From Bugula neritina (Eukaryota; Animalia; Bryozoa), in the NCBI GenBank assembly GCA_964035545.1, contig OZ037767.1:13067801-13131800 (forward strand): DNA of 64,000 nt, written 5' to 3'. Each line of letters starts with the position of its first letter. Within the stretch, counting starts at the first letter, position 1. A program made the position numbers and the translations under genes. Shown here one piece after another: positions 32,101 to 45,015 of the stretch. Under the pieces are notes generated by a model that searched no databases, had not been told where the DNA came from, and saw only the letters and a list, made by a program, of their open reading frames with translations.

Positions 32101-35100
32101 GGTGTTGTGGTGGTCGTTGGTGTTGTAGTAGTTGTAGGTGTTGTAGTAGTGGTGGGTATTGTAGTTGTGGTTGGTGTTGTAGTAGTGGTGGGTGTTGTGG
32201 TGGTTGTAAGTATTGTAGTAGTTGTGGGTGTTGTAGTAGTGGTGGGTGTTGTAGTGGTGATGGGTGCTGTGGTGGTTGTGGCTGTTGTGGTAGTGGTGGG
32301 TGTTGTAGTAGTGGTGGGTGTTGTGGTGGTTGTGGCTGTTGTAGTAGTGGTGGGTGTTGTGGTGGTTGTAGGAGTCGTAGTAGTTGTGGGTGTTGTAGTA
32401 GTGGTGGGTATTGTAGTTGTGGTTGGTGTTGTAGTAGTGGTGGGTGTTGTGGTGGTTGTAAGTATTGTAGTAGTTGTGGGTGTTGTAGTAGTGGTGGGTG
32501 TTGTAGTGGTGGTGGGTGTTGTGGTGGTTGTGGCTGTTGTAGTAGTGGTGGGTCTTGCAGTTGTGGTTGGTGTTGTAGTAGTGGTGGGTGTTGTGGTTGT
32601 TGTAAGTGTTGTAGTAGTTGTGGGTGTTGTAGTAGTGGTGGGTGTTGTAGTGGTGGTGGGAGTTGTAGTAGTGGTGGTTGTCGGTGTTGTAGTAGTGGTG
32701 GGTGTTGTAGTGGTGGTGGGTGTTGTAGTAGTGGTGGGTATTGTAGTTGTGGTTGGTGTTGTAGTAGTGGTGGGTGTTGTAGTGGTTGTAAGTGTTGTAG
32801 TAGTTGTGGCTGTTGTAGTAGTGGTGGGTGTTGTAGTGGTGGTGGGTGTTGTGGTGGTTGTGGCTGTTGTAGTAGTGGTGGGTGTTGTGGTGGTTGTAGG
32901 AGTCGTAGTAGTTGTGGGTGTTGTAGTAGTGGTTGGTATTGTAGTTGTGGTTGGTGTTGTAGTAGTGGTGGGTATTGTAGTGGTGGTGGGAGTTGTAGTA
33001 GTGGTGGCTGTGGGTGTTGTAGTAGTGGTGGGTGTTGTGGTGGTCGTGGGAAGTGTAGTAGTGGTGGTTGTTGGTGTTGTAGTAGGGGTGGGTGTGTGAG
33101 TGGTAGTGGGAGTTGTAGTAGTTGTGGCTGTTGTAGTAGTGGTGGGTGTTGTAGTGGTTGTCGGTGTTGTAGTAGTGGTGGGTGTTGTAGTGGTGGTGGG
33201 TGTTGTGGTGGTTGTGGCTGTTGTAGTAGTGGTGGGTATTGTAGTTGTGGTTGGTGTTGTAGTAGTGGTGGGTGTTGTGGTGGTTGTAAGTGTTGTAGTA
33301 GTTGTGGGTGTTGTAGTAGTTGTGGGTGTTGTAGTAGTGGTGGGTGTTGTAGTGGTGGTGGGTGTTGTGGTGGTTGTGGCTGTTGTAGTAGTGGTGGGTG
33401 TTGTGGTGGTTGTAGGAGTCGTAGTAGTTGTGGGTGTTGTAGTAGTAGTGGGTATTGTAGTTGTGGTTAGTGTTGTAGTAGTTGTGGGTGTTGTGGTGGT
33501 TGTAAGTATTGTAGTGGTTTTGGGTGTTGTAGTAGTGGTGGGTGTTGTAGTAGTAGTGGGTATTGTAGTTGTGGTTGGTGTTGTAGTAGTGGTGGGTGTT
33601 GTGGTGGTTGTGGGAGTTGTAGTAGTGGTGGTTGTCGGTGTTGTAGTAGTGGTGGGTGTTGTAGTGGTGGTGGGTGTTGTGGTGGTTGTGGCTGTTGTAG
33701 TAGTGGTGGGTATTGTAGTTGTGGTTGGTGTTGTAGTAGTGGTGGGTGTTGTGGTGGTTGTAAGTGTTGTAGTAGTTGTGGGTGTTGTAGTAGTGGTGGG
33801 TGTTGTAGTGGTGGTGGGTGTTGTGGTGGTTGTGGCTGTTGTAGTAGTGGTAGGTGTTGTAGTGGTGGTGGGTGTTGTGGTGGTCGTGGGTGTTGTAGTA
33901 GTGGTGGGTGTTGTGGTGGTCGTGGGAGTTGTAGTGGTGGTGGTTGTCGGTGTTGTAGTAGTGGTGGGTGTTGTGGTGGTTGTGGGAGTTGTAGTAGTGG
34001 TGGTTGTCGGTGTTGTAGTAGTGGTGGGTGTTGTAGTGGTGGTGGGTGTTGTGGTGGTTGTGGCTGTTGTAGTAGTGGTGGGTATTGCAGTTGTAGTTGG
34101 TGTTGTAGTAGTGGTGGGTGTTGTGGTGGTTGTCAGTGTTGTAGTAGTTGTGGGTGTTGTAGTAATGGTGGGTGTTGTAGTGGTGGTGGGTGTTGTGGTG
34201 GTTGTGGCTGTTGTAGTAGTGGTGGGTGTTGTGGTGGTTGTAGGAGTCGTAGTAGTTGTGGGTGTTGTGGTAGTGGTGGGTATTGTAGTTGTGGTTGGTG
34301 TTGTAGTAGTGGTGGGTGTTGTAGTGGTGGTGGGAGTTGTAGTAGTGGTGGTTGTGGGTGTTGTAGTAGTGGTGGGTGTTGTGGTGGTCGTGGGAAGTAT
34401 AGTAGTGGTGGTTGTCGGTGTTGTAGTAGGGGTGGGTGTTGTAGTGGTGGTGGGAGTTGTAGTAGTGGTGGTTGTCGGTGTTGTTGTCGTGGTGGGTATT
34501 GTAGTAGTGGTTGGTGTTGTAGTAGTGGTGAGTGTTGTAGTGGTTGTAAGTGTTGTAGTAGTTGTGGGTGTTGTAGTAGTGGTGGGTGTTGTAGTGGTGG
34601 TGGGTGTTGTAGTAGTGGTGGGTGTTGTAGTGGTGGTGGGTGTTGTGGTGGTTGTGGCTGTTGTAGCAGTGGTGGGCGTTGTGGTGGTTGTAGGAGTCGT
34701 AGTAGTTGTGGGTGTTGTAGTAGTGGTGGGTATTGTAGTTGTGGTTGGTGTTGTAGTAGTGGTGGGTGTTGTAGTGGTGGTGGGTGTTGTGATGGTTGTG
34801 GCTGTTGTTGTAGTGGTGGGTGTTGTGGTGGTTGTAGGAGTCGTAGTAGTTGTGGGTGTTGTAGTAGTAGTGGGTATTGTAGTTGTGGTTGGTGTTGTGG
34901 TAGTAGTGGGTGTTGTAGTGGTGGTGGGTGTTGCGGTGGTTGTGGCTGTTGTAGTAGTGGTGGGTGTTGTGGTGGTTGTAGGAGTCGTAGTAGTTGTGGG
35001 TGTTGTAGTAGTGGTGGGTATTGTAGTTGTGGTTGGTGTTGTATTAGTGGTGGGTGTTGTGGTGGTTGTAAGTATTTTAGTAGTTGTGGGTGTTGTAGTA

Positions 35101-38100
35101 GTGGTGGGTGTTGTAGTGGTGGTGGGTGTTGTGGTGGTTGTGGCTGTTGTAGTAGCGGTGGGTGTTGTGGTGGTCGTGGGAGTTGTAGTAGTGGTGCTTG
35201 TCGGTGTTGTAGTAGTGGTGGGTGTTGTAGTGGTAATGGGAGTTGTAGTAGTGGTGGTTGTCGGTGTTGTAGTAGTGGTGGGCGTTGTAGTAGTAGTGGG
35301 TATTGTAGTTGTGGTTGGTGTTGTAGTAGTGGTGGGTGTTGTGGTTGTCGTGGGAGTTGTAGTAGTGGTGGTTGTGGGTGTTGTAGTAGTGGTGGGTGTT
35401 GTAGTGGTGGTGGGTGTTGTGGTGGTCGTGGGTGTTGTAGTAGTGGTGGGTGTTGTGGTGGTCGTGGGAGTTGTAGTGGTGGTGGTTGTCGGTGTTGTAG
35501 TAGTGGTGGGTGTTGTAGTAGTTGTGGGTGTTGTAGTAGTGGTGGGTGTTGTAGTGGTGGTGGGTGTTGTGGTGGTTGTGGCTGTTGTAGTAGTGGTGGG
35601 CGTTGTGGTGGTTGTAGGAGTCGTAGTAATTGTGGGTGTTGTAGTAGTGGTGGGTATTGTAGTTGTGGTTGGTGTTGTAGTAGTTGTGGGTGTTGTAGTA
35701 GTGGTTGGTATTGTAGTTGTGGTTGGTGTTGTAGTAGTGGTGGGTATTGTAGTGGTGGTGGGAGTTGTAGTAGTGGTGGCTGTGGGTGTTGTAGTAGTGG
35801 TGGGTGTTGTGGTGGTCGTGGGAAGTGTAGTAGTGGTGGTTGTCGGTGTTGTAGTAGGGGTGGGTGTTGGAGTGGTAGTGGGAGTTGTAGTAGTTGTGGC
35901 TGTTGTAGTAGTGGTGGGTGTTGTAGTGGTTGTCGGTGTTGTAGTAGTGGTGGGTGTTGTAGTGGTGGTTGGTGTTGTGGTGGTTGTGGCTGTTGTAGTA
36001 GTGGTGGGTATTGTAGTTGTGGTTGGTGTTGTAGTAGTGGTGGGTGTTGTGGTGGTTGTAAGTGTTGTAGTAGTTGTGGGTGTTGTAGTTGTTGTGGGTG
36101 TTGTAGTAGTGGTGGGTGTTGTAGTGGTGGTGGGTGTTGTGGTGGTTGTGGCTGTTGTAGTAGTGGTGGGTGTTGTGGTGGTTGTAGGAGTCGTAGTAGT
36201 TGTGGGTGTTGTAGTAGTAGTGGGTATTGTAGTTGTGGTTAGTGTTGTAGTAGTTGTGGGTGTTGTGGTGGTTGTAAGTATTGTAGTAGTTGTGGGTGTT
36301 GTAGTAGTGGTAGGTGTTGTAGTGGTGGTGGGTGTTGTGGTGGTCGTGGGTGTTGTAGTAGTGGTGGGTGTTGTGGTGGTCGTGGGAGTTGTAGTGGTGG
36401 TGGTTGTCGGTGTTGTAGTAGTGGTGGGTGTTGTGGTGGTTGTGGGAGTTGTAGTAGTGGTGGTTGTCGGTGTTGTAGTAGTGGTGGGTGTTGTAGTGGT
36501 GGTGGGTGTTGTGGTGGTTGTGGCTGTTGTAGTAGTGGTGGGTATTGCAGTTGTAGTTGGTGTTGTAGTAGTGGTGGGTGTTGTGGTGGTTGTAAGTGTT
36601 GTAGTAGTTGTGGGTGTTGTAGTAGTGGTGGGTGTTGTAGTGGTGGTGGGTGTTGTGGTGGTTGTGGCTGTTGTAGTAGTGGTGGGTGTTGTGGTGGTTG
36701 TAGGAGTCGTAGTAGTTGTGGGTGTTGTAGTAGTGGTGGGTATTGTAGTTGTGGTTGGTGTTGTAGTAGTGGTGGGTGTTGTAGTGGTGGTGGGAGTTGT
36801 AGTAGTGGTGGTTGTGGGTGTTGTAGTAGTGGTGGGTGTTGTGGTGGTCGTGGGAAGTATAGTAGTGGTGGTTGTCGGTGTTGTAGTAGGGGTGGGTGTT
36901 ATAGTGGTGGTGGGAGTTGTAGTAGTGGTGGTTGTCGGTGTTGTAGTAGTGGTGGGTGTTGTAGTGGTGGTGGATGTTGTGGTGGTTGTGGCTGTTGTAG
37001 TAGTGGTGGGTATTGTAGTTGTGGTTGGTGTTGTAGTAGTGGTGGGTGTTGTAGTGGTGGTGGGAGTTGTAGTAGTGGTGGTTGTGGGTGTTGTAGTAGT
37101 GGTGGGTGTTGTGGTGGTCGTGGGAAGTATAGTAGTGGTGGTTGTCGGTGTTGTAGTCGTGGTGGGTATTGTAGTAGTGGTTGGTGTTGTAGTAGTGGTG
37201 AGTGTCGTAGTGGTTGTAAGTGTTGTAGTAGTTGTGGGTGTTGTAGTAGTGGTGGGTGTTGTAGTGGTGGTGGGTGTTGTAGTAGTGGTGGGTGTTGTAG
37301 TGGTGGTGGGTGTTGTGGTGGTTGTGGCTGTTGTTGTAGTGGTGGGTGTTGTGGTGGTTGTAGGAGTCGTAGTAGTTGTGGGTGTTGTAGTAGTAGTGGG
37401 TATTGTAGTTGTGGTTGGTGTTGTGGTAGTAGTGGGTGTTGTAGTGGTGGTGGGTGTTGCGGTGGTTGTGGCTGTTGTAGTAGTGGTGGGTGTTGTGGTG
37501 GTTGTAGGAGTCGTAGTAGTTGTGGGTGTTGTAGTAGTGGTGGGTATTGTAGTTGTGGTTGGTGTTGTATTAGTGGTGGGTGTTGTGGTGGTTGTAAGTA
37601 TTGTAGTAGTTGTGGGTGTTGTAGTAGTGGTGGGTGTTGTAGTGGTGGTGGGTGTTGTGGTGGTTGTGGCTGTTGTAGTAGCGGTGGGTGTTGTGGTGGT
37701 CGTGGGAGTTGTAGTAGTGGTGGTTGTCGGTGTTGTAGTAGTGGTGGGTGTTGTAGTGGTAATGGGAGTTGTAGTAGTGGTGGTTGTCGGTGTTGTAGTA
37801 GTGGTGGGCGTTGTAGTAGTAGTTGGTATTGTAGTTGTGGTTGGTGTTGTAGTAGTGGTGGGTGTTGTGGTTGTCGTGGGAGTTGTAGTAGTGGTGGTTG
37901 TGGGTGTTGTAGTAGTGGTGGGTGTTGTAGTGGTGGTGGGTGTTGTGGTGGTCGTGGGTGTTGTAGTAGTGGTGGGTGTTGTGGTGGTCGTGGGAGTTGT
38001 AGTGGTGGTGGTTGTCGGTGTTGTAGTAGTGGTGGGTGTTGTAGTAGTTGTGGGTGTTGTAGTAGTGGTGGGTGTTGTAGTGGTGGTGGGTGTTGTGGTG

Positions 38101-40256
38101 GTTGTGGCTGTTGTAGTAGTGGTGGGCGTTGTGGTGGTTGTAGGAGTCGTAGTAATTGTGGGTGTTGTAGTAGTGGTGGGTATTGTAGTAGTGGTGGGTG
38201 TTGTAGTGGTGGTGGGAGTTGTAGTAGTGGTGGTTGTGGGTGTTGTAGTAGTGGTGGGTGTTGTGGTGGTCGTGGGAAGTATAGTAGTGGTGGTTGTCGG
38301 TGTTGTAGTAGGGGTGGGTGTTGTCGTGGTGGTGGGAGTTGTAGTAGTGGTGGTTGTCGGTGTTGTAGTAGTGGTGGGTGTTGTAGTGGTGGTGGGTGTT
38401 GTGGTTGTTGTGGCTGTTGTACTAGTGGTGGGTGTTGTGGTGGTTGTAGGAGTCGTAGTAGTTGTGGGTGTTGTAGTAGTGGTGGGTATTGTAGTTGTGG
38501 TTGGTGTTGTAGTAGTAGTGGGTGTTGTAGTGGTGGTGGGTGTTGTGGTGGTCGTGGTTGTTGTAGTAGTGGTGGGTGTTGTGGTGGTTGTAGGAGTCGT
38601 AGTAGTTGTGGGTGTTGTAGTAGTGGTGGGTATTGTAGTTGTGGTTGGTGTTGTAGTAGTGGTGGGTGTTGTGGTGGTTGTAAGTATTGTAGTAGTTGTG
38701 TGTGTTGTAGTAGTGGTGGGTGTTGTAGTGGTGGTGGGTGTTGTGGTGGTTGTGGCTGTTGTAGTAGTGGTGGGTGTTGTGGTGGTCATGGGAGTTGTAG
38801 TGGTGGTGGTTGTCGGTGTTGTAGTAGTGGTGGGTGTTGTAGTGGTACTGGGAGTTGTAGTAGTGGTGGTTGTCGGTGTTGTAGTAGTGGTGGGTGTTGT
38901 AGTGGTGGTGGGTGTTGTGCTGGTTGTGGCTGTTGTAGTAGTGGTGGTTGTCGGTGTTGTAGTAGTGGTGGGTGTTGAAGTGGTGGTGGGTGTTGTGGTG
39001 GTTGTGGCTGTTGTAATAGTGGTTGGTGTTGTGGTGGTCGTGGGAGTTGTAGTAGTGGTGGTTGTCGGTGTTGTAGTAGTGGTGGGTGTTGTACTGGTGG
39101 TGGGCGTTGTGGTGGTTGTGGCTGTTGTAGTAGTGGTGGGTGTTGTGGTGGTTGTGGGAGTTGTAGTAGTGGTGGTTGTGGGTGTTGTAGTAGTTGTGGG
39201 TGTTGTAGTGGTGGTGGGTGTTGTGGTGGTTGTGGCTGTTGTAGTAGTGGTGGGTGTTGTGGTGGTCGTGGGAGTTGTAGTGATGGTGGTTGTCGGTGTT
39301 GTAGTAGTGGTGGGTGTTGTAGTGGTTGTGGGTATTGTAGTTGTGGTTGGTGTTGTAGTAGTGGTGGGTGTTGTAGTGGTGGTGGGAGTTGTAGTAGTGG
39401 TGGTTGTGGGTGTTTTAGTAGTGGTGGGTGTTGTGGTGGTCGTGGAAAGTGTAGTAGTGGTGGTTGTCGGTGTTGTAGTAGTGGTGGGTGTTGTGGTGGT
39501 TGTGGCTGTTGTAGTAGTGGTTGGTGTTGCGGTGGTCGTGGGAGTTGTAGTAGTGGTGGTTGTCGGTGTTGTAGTAGTGGTGGGTGTTGGTGTGGTTGTG
39601 GCTGTTGTAGTAGTGGTTGGTGTTGTGCTGGTCGTGGGAGTTGTAGTAGTGGTGGCTGTCGGTGTTGTAGTAGTGGTGGGTGTTGTGGTGGTTGTGGCTG
39701 TTGTAGTAGTGGTTGGTGTTGCGGTTGTCGTTGGAGTTGTAGTAGTGGTGGTTGTTGGGGTTGTAGTAGTGGTGGATGTTGGTGTTGTAGTAGTGGTGGG
39801 TGTTGTAGTGGTGGTGGGTGTTGTGGTGGTTGTGGCTGTTGTAGTAGTGGTTGCTGTTGTGGTGGTCGTGGGAGTTGTAGTAGTGGTGGTTGTCGGTGTT
39901 GTGGTAGTGGTGGGTGTTGTAGTGGTGGTGGGTGTTGTGGTGGTTGTGGCTGTTGTAGTAGTGGTGGTTGTCTGTGTTGTAGTAGTTGTTGGTGTTGTAG
40001 TAGTGCTGGGTGTTGTGGTGGTTGTCGGTATTGTAGTGGTGGTGGGTGTTGTAGTAGTGGTGGGTGTTGTAGTAGTGGTGGATGCTGTGGTGGTTGACGG
40101 TGTTATAGTAGTCATTAATGTCGTGGTCGTAGTTGTTGTAGGCGCCGCTATGCTTTCTACAAAGATACTCGGTTGACCTGTGTTCATTATCTGTCCTAGT
40201 AGTAATGCCAAAACCAGATTCTGCAGTATGTCGGTCATCACTTTAGAGTTTTTCAT
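20114..40256 (-). CDS. Mucin M2, complete spliced CDS (~5340 aa): SP-PTS-EGF-SEA-like(furin)-TM-cytoplasmic tail
   Basis: Join 40256-25175, 24192-24076, 23918-23782, 23458-23394, 23271-23006, 22010-21910, 20734-20532, 20165-20114. All introns are GT-AG, phases are 1,1,0,2,1,0,2, and the total of 16023 nt is divisible by 3. Every exon has a same-phase homologue in M3. Confidence 0.88.
20532..20734 (-). CDS. M2 cytoplasmic-tail exon (IRKRTKPDVH...HPALRFKASNYNIGMARFPESFAGSDGSSSEDSFPYRKRNPMWPGGANR)
   Basis: TTGTAG| acceptor, |GTAGGT donor, 203 nt, basic stop-transfer residues at the start. Confidence 0.85.
21131..21909 (-). repeat. Intronic minisatellite, ~37-nt unit (~20 copies), beginning at the TM-exon donor of M2
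   Basis: Consensus on the transcribed strand: GTAAGTAACTTACTAACTGTAATAGTAAGTATTATGT. Confidence 0.95.
21910..22010 (-). CDS. M2 transmembrane exon (EKPNRAAVWLAPVISGTVAGVILLGVMGVLLAVC)
   Basis: TTTTTTAG| acceptor, TGT|GTAAGT donor, 101 nt, hydrophobic stretch with GxxxG. Confidence 0.88.
23006..23918 (-). CDS. M2 SEA-like domain exons (23918-23782, 23458-23394, 23271-23006) with furin site RRKR
   Basis: Spliced product DTAVAVNTVQFSTQIIYTFPSGCNTDIEDPTTVAYAEMRLAVIVQ/IYTSFSSEAATHFVAVIRISFT/CQAQGRRKRAVDPNANVIVDFDVAM. The strand-helix-strand pattern and the 'I.DP....Y' motif resemble SEA. The fold call is an inference. Confidence 0.75.
24076..24192 (-). CDS. M2 EGF-like exon (6 Cys), symmetric phase 1-1
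   Basis: CDSCLENEVCNLLEVCECDSNYIRDSSTNNC = C-x2-C-x5-C-x5-C-x-C-x12-C; TGTAG| and |GTGAGT. Confidence 0.88.
25175..40256 (-). CDS. M2 giant exon 2 (15.1 kb): signal peptide + Thr/Pro repeats
   Basis: ORF 24846..40268 trimmed to acceptor TTTTATAG|G ATG (40256) and donor TCAG|GTAAAT (25175). Confidence 0.92.
25180..40140. repeat. Coding minisatellite of 18-bp (and 24-bp) units [P/A/L]TTTT[T/I], with ~2.5-2.8 kb higher-order duplications
   Basis: Markers: GAGGGT at 26281 and 28912 (offset 2631); GGAGTGGTAGTGGGA at ~26938, ~29569, ~35869; GTATTAGT at ~35041 and ~37567 (offset 2526). Confidence 0.97.
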
Positions 40257-40979
40257 CCTATAAAACAAATTTCATTATTCATATCAATTTTTTGCTCTCT
40301 TTCATTACCCTGCTTTCCACAAGGATCTTTTGTGTTTCACTTCCCTTGCCCACTTGTGCAACTTTGCATTAGTTTTCATATTCATTTCTCTTATGGTCTT
40401 TCTTCATATTTAATATAACCCTCTGCTTCAAATACTGTTATTAAAACAAAATGCTATGCAGTTTTTTACTTTCTCCATATACTTTGTCACTTCTTTCGTT
40501 TTTTCCTAACTTTCCTGTTTCTGTCAACTACTTTCTTGACAACGCTAATTTTTTTTACTATAAATGCAGCTCTACTGTTATAGCTATTACACCAGAATAA
40601 TATATATAACTTCATAGCATTACACTCAATCTATTTACGTGTACTTTTTTCTTGGATCGTTTTTTTCACTGAATTTGGAAATTCTTTTTGTTTTCAACTG
40701 CTCACTTAGCCCCGGATATTTTAGACATGCCCATGTTTTCTTATAACTATGTTTCTTTAATGCCCACTTGACATGTCCGCGCCTTTTCAAAAAATGCTTG
40801 GCAGTAAATAGCATGTTTTGATTACTTCGCCCGTTCTCCTCTATTTGCTTAACCCACATCATGTTTCTAACACTTCAGGTTTTTTTATAAATAGTCCATT
40901 TCCAATTTTTCATCGCCATCCCCCTCAAAGTATGTTCTTCAAATACAAGAAATTTAAATGATATAAAACTGGTATTCAC

Positions 40980-41125
40980 CTTCTCAGCTGGTGTTTGTTC
41001 TTTCAAGTTGTAATTCCAGTGTCTTTTTGCGATTATTTTATTCCCAGAGCTCGCTGTCTGTTCTGAAAAATAAGTTAATGCTACCTCCCAACTGTTCTTC
41101 AGTCCATTTGTTGAACTGGTTCACT
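40980..41125 (-). other. Predicted non-coding exon 1 of M2 (5' end approximate)
   Basis: Donor CAGCTGAGAAG|GTGAAT at 40980; paralogous to M1 and M3. Confidence 0.6.
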
Positions 41126-41221
41126 GATGTGTTGAAACAGCTCATGCAAATATAACAACTTAGTCTGATAGGTTAAGGTAATTGCTTTCGTCCATTCATA
41201 ACAAATATTATTCCTCTCAAT

Positions 41222-41231
41222 TGATTGGCTG
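41222..41231 (-). promoter_or_regulatory. CCAAT box of M2 promoter
   Basis: CAGCCAATCA at the conserved position. Confidence 0.65.
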
Positions 41232-42456
41232 CAGCATAATGCATCAACAGTCCCATGCTTGGTTCATATCACTCTTCTGCACTGTCATTAACATTAACAG
41301 TTATTTTAGTACCTATATAAAAGTTACACACTTATTATTTGAAAAAATTTAATTAGAAAGTCTTTAAAAGAATTTTACATGGCTGCTACAAAAAGCTTGA
41401 CCTTTTTTTATTGTTTTTTTTATTTTCTAAACTGTCAAGTACTGTTTAAATAAATATATTAAATTTTAAATGGCATGTAATTGCTGCCTGAATTTCTTTT
41501 CTATAATGCTTTCAGAATGCATGCAGTCTAAGCTCTGTATAGTAACCGTCTTAGAATTGGCCCAGGTTACAATAATACATAGCAAAGTCCAGTGGCATAT
41601 AATAGAGAAGCTCACATCTGTTTAGGTCCAAGTGCTGTACTAATCTTTAACAGTTAAGAGTCTTCCATAATGCATAAGACTTGCATATTAGAAGATGACC
41701 GTTAGGAGTGCTCAATATCAGAACGCCATACTTAAAGTATATCGTTAGCACCTAATGGTAACACAGCATATCTTGATTAATCTCATGCTTGGTTTTAAAG
41801 TGCTCCAGAACTTACATGTATCAAGGGCAAAGGTTTCGTGTATCGTTTATAACCCAGTATATCTATACTTTTATATTAAGGCGAGATGCCATGAATAGCA
41901 CTATTTGCTATGACTCAAGCGGTTTTGGCTGTAAAAATCCTTTGTATGCATCTATAATTTTCATTCTGCCTTCATCCATACAAGTGGCATAAATTAAAGG
42001 CTTCTACAAGAACTTTGAAGTGGTATGAAATATACACTTTCTGATGCTGTGAGTATGGTCCACCAGTTCATGTTACTTCATTCTAAAGTATGGAACCTTG
42101 TTCTCTGATGTTTGAAATACAGACACAAAACTTAGCAAAATACTTCTTTGTTACTATCCATAGATTTGCTTCATTCATGAAAGTTGGTCAGCTATGTTTA
42201 AGGCTTAGCTAGGATCTACTGGCATAATAAAAGGGTGGAATGTGTTTTATTGGGCCAACAAAGGCAAGACCCACATTACGCTGTGATTCAGCTTTAAAAT
42301 ACTTGGTGTTGTAAAATGAACATCAATTAGAACAAATGTCAATTATCAAAAAAACCATTGGTCATCAATTCATTGCCATTCTATAACATTCATCATGAGA
42401 ATATATTTCAAGCATTTTGTCTTTTGGTAATAACCCACTGAACTGTCCCATAGGTA

Positions 42457-42575
42457 TAGTTACACAATTGATGCTTTGTAAGCTTTGAACAAAAGATCAA
42501 ACAAAACCTTTTGTTGGTCTATTTATAGATGCTATATAAAGATAAGCTTTCCTGTCGTCATCAGTTCATAACACA
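42457..42575 (+). promoter_or_regulatory. Conserved upstream element copy 2: TATA + initiator on + strand
   Basis: TATATAAA at 42533 and TCAGTT with its A at 42563 (30 bp); upstream ACAATTGATGCTTTGT and CCTTTTGTTGG. Confidence 0.62.
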
Positions 42576-43380
42576 AACACCTTTTCTCCGTGCAAGCAGT
42601 CTGCTCTACAATATTGTTTATGTAAGCACATACTTCTATAGAGGTGGTTCATTGAGAACTGCACCCAATGTCTAACTCGATGTGGTAAATAAAATACTTT
42701 CACTTCTCTACATTTAAGCATAATAATAAGTTAGAAATATTGAAAACTTTCATGAATGTTGAGGTTTAGGTTTTTAGGTATTTCTATGTAACACATATAG
42801 AAACCCCATCTTACTATTTAAATCTAAATATAAAATTTAATCATAAAACCTCAAGCTATGCAAAAATCTGCATCTCTGCTTGTAACAGCAGAATATAACA
42901 AAAACGTTTATAGCTGACTTGAAAATATTTACGAGATTTTCACAGGAATTGTGAATATAGAATAATGTAAGTTGGATTGATGTGAGTTTAAAGGTATGCG
43001 CTGGTCTACAAAACAACTCCGGGTCATAAGCTAACACCCATAATGAGATGATACAGTTCAAGTAAAGGTAAAATGAGATTTGTTTATCCTCAAATGTATT
43101 GTCAGCAGGACAATATGAGTTTACTAGTGAAAACAAGCATTGAGTACATTGCTCACAGCTTATTGATAACTACAATTTATTGAAATGCTAAACCTAATTG
43201 CCCATACATGCTATTGTGTTTAGTGCTACTCAGTCTGGTAATTAAAAAATAATCATCAGAGATTAAAGAATGTATATCCTAGCCCACACCTTTTGCAAAT
43301 TTCAATGGCTGCAAATTTTGACAGGAACCAATATGCATATTGTTTAAAATATTTACAGTGCATGGAGATGTTTGCTATTA

Positions 43381-43827
43381 TTAAGCCGCGACATTTTGAA
43401 AATGACAACTGGAAAACACCTATTTGGAAAATGGACAATTAAAAAATGGACAATTAGAAAATGGACATTTGTAAAATAGACATTTGGAAAATGAAAAATA
43501 TTCAACGTGGCCTAGTTCAGAGGGGCGTTTAGTATCTGATCAAGTTCAAAAAGCTTTTTGTAAATGTGAACAATTTTAAATGGGAACTACTCGGTAACTA
43601 ATTCTACTTCCATGATAGCCTAACTGATACGGCCATTATATTTATTTTTGAAAGCTATTTTAGAACTGACCAGATACCGGACAACCCCTCAGGACTAGAC
43701 CATGTTGAATATTTTTCATTTTTCAAATGTCATTTTCCAAATGTCTATTTTCCAATTGTCCATTTTCTAATTGTCCATTTTCTAAATAGGTGTTTTCCAA
43801 TTGTCATTTTCGAAATGTCAGGTCACC
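43381..43827. mobile_element. Foldback/MULE-like MITE with ~140-bp internally repetitive inverted repeats
   Basis: Left arm GACATTTTGAAAATGACAACTGGAAAACACCTATTT(GGAAAATGGACAATT)n...TATTCAACGTGGCCTAGT is mirrored at 43690-43820. Flanking direct repeat TGCTATTA at 43373-43380 and 43828-43835. Confidence 0.75.
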
Positions 43828-43865
43828 TGCTATTACAGCGTGAATTATACTACAATCAGTTATAC

Positions 43866-45015
<1,150 letters not shown>

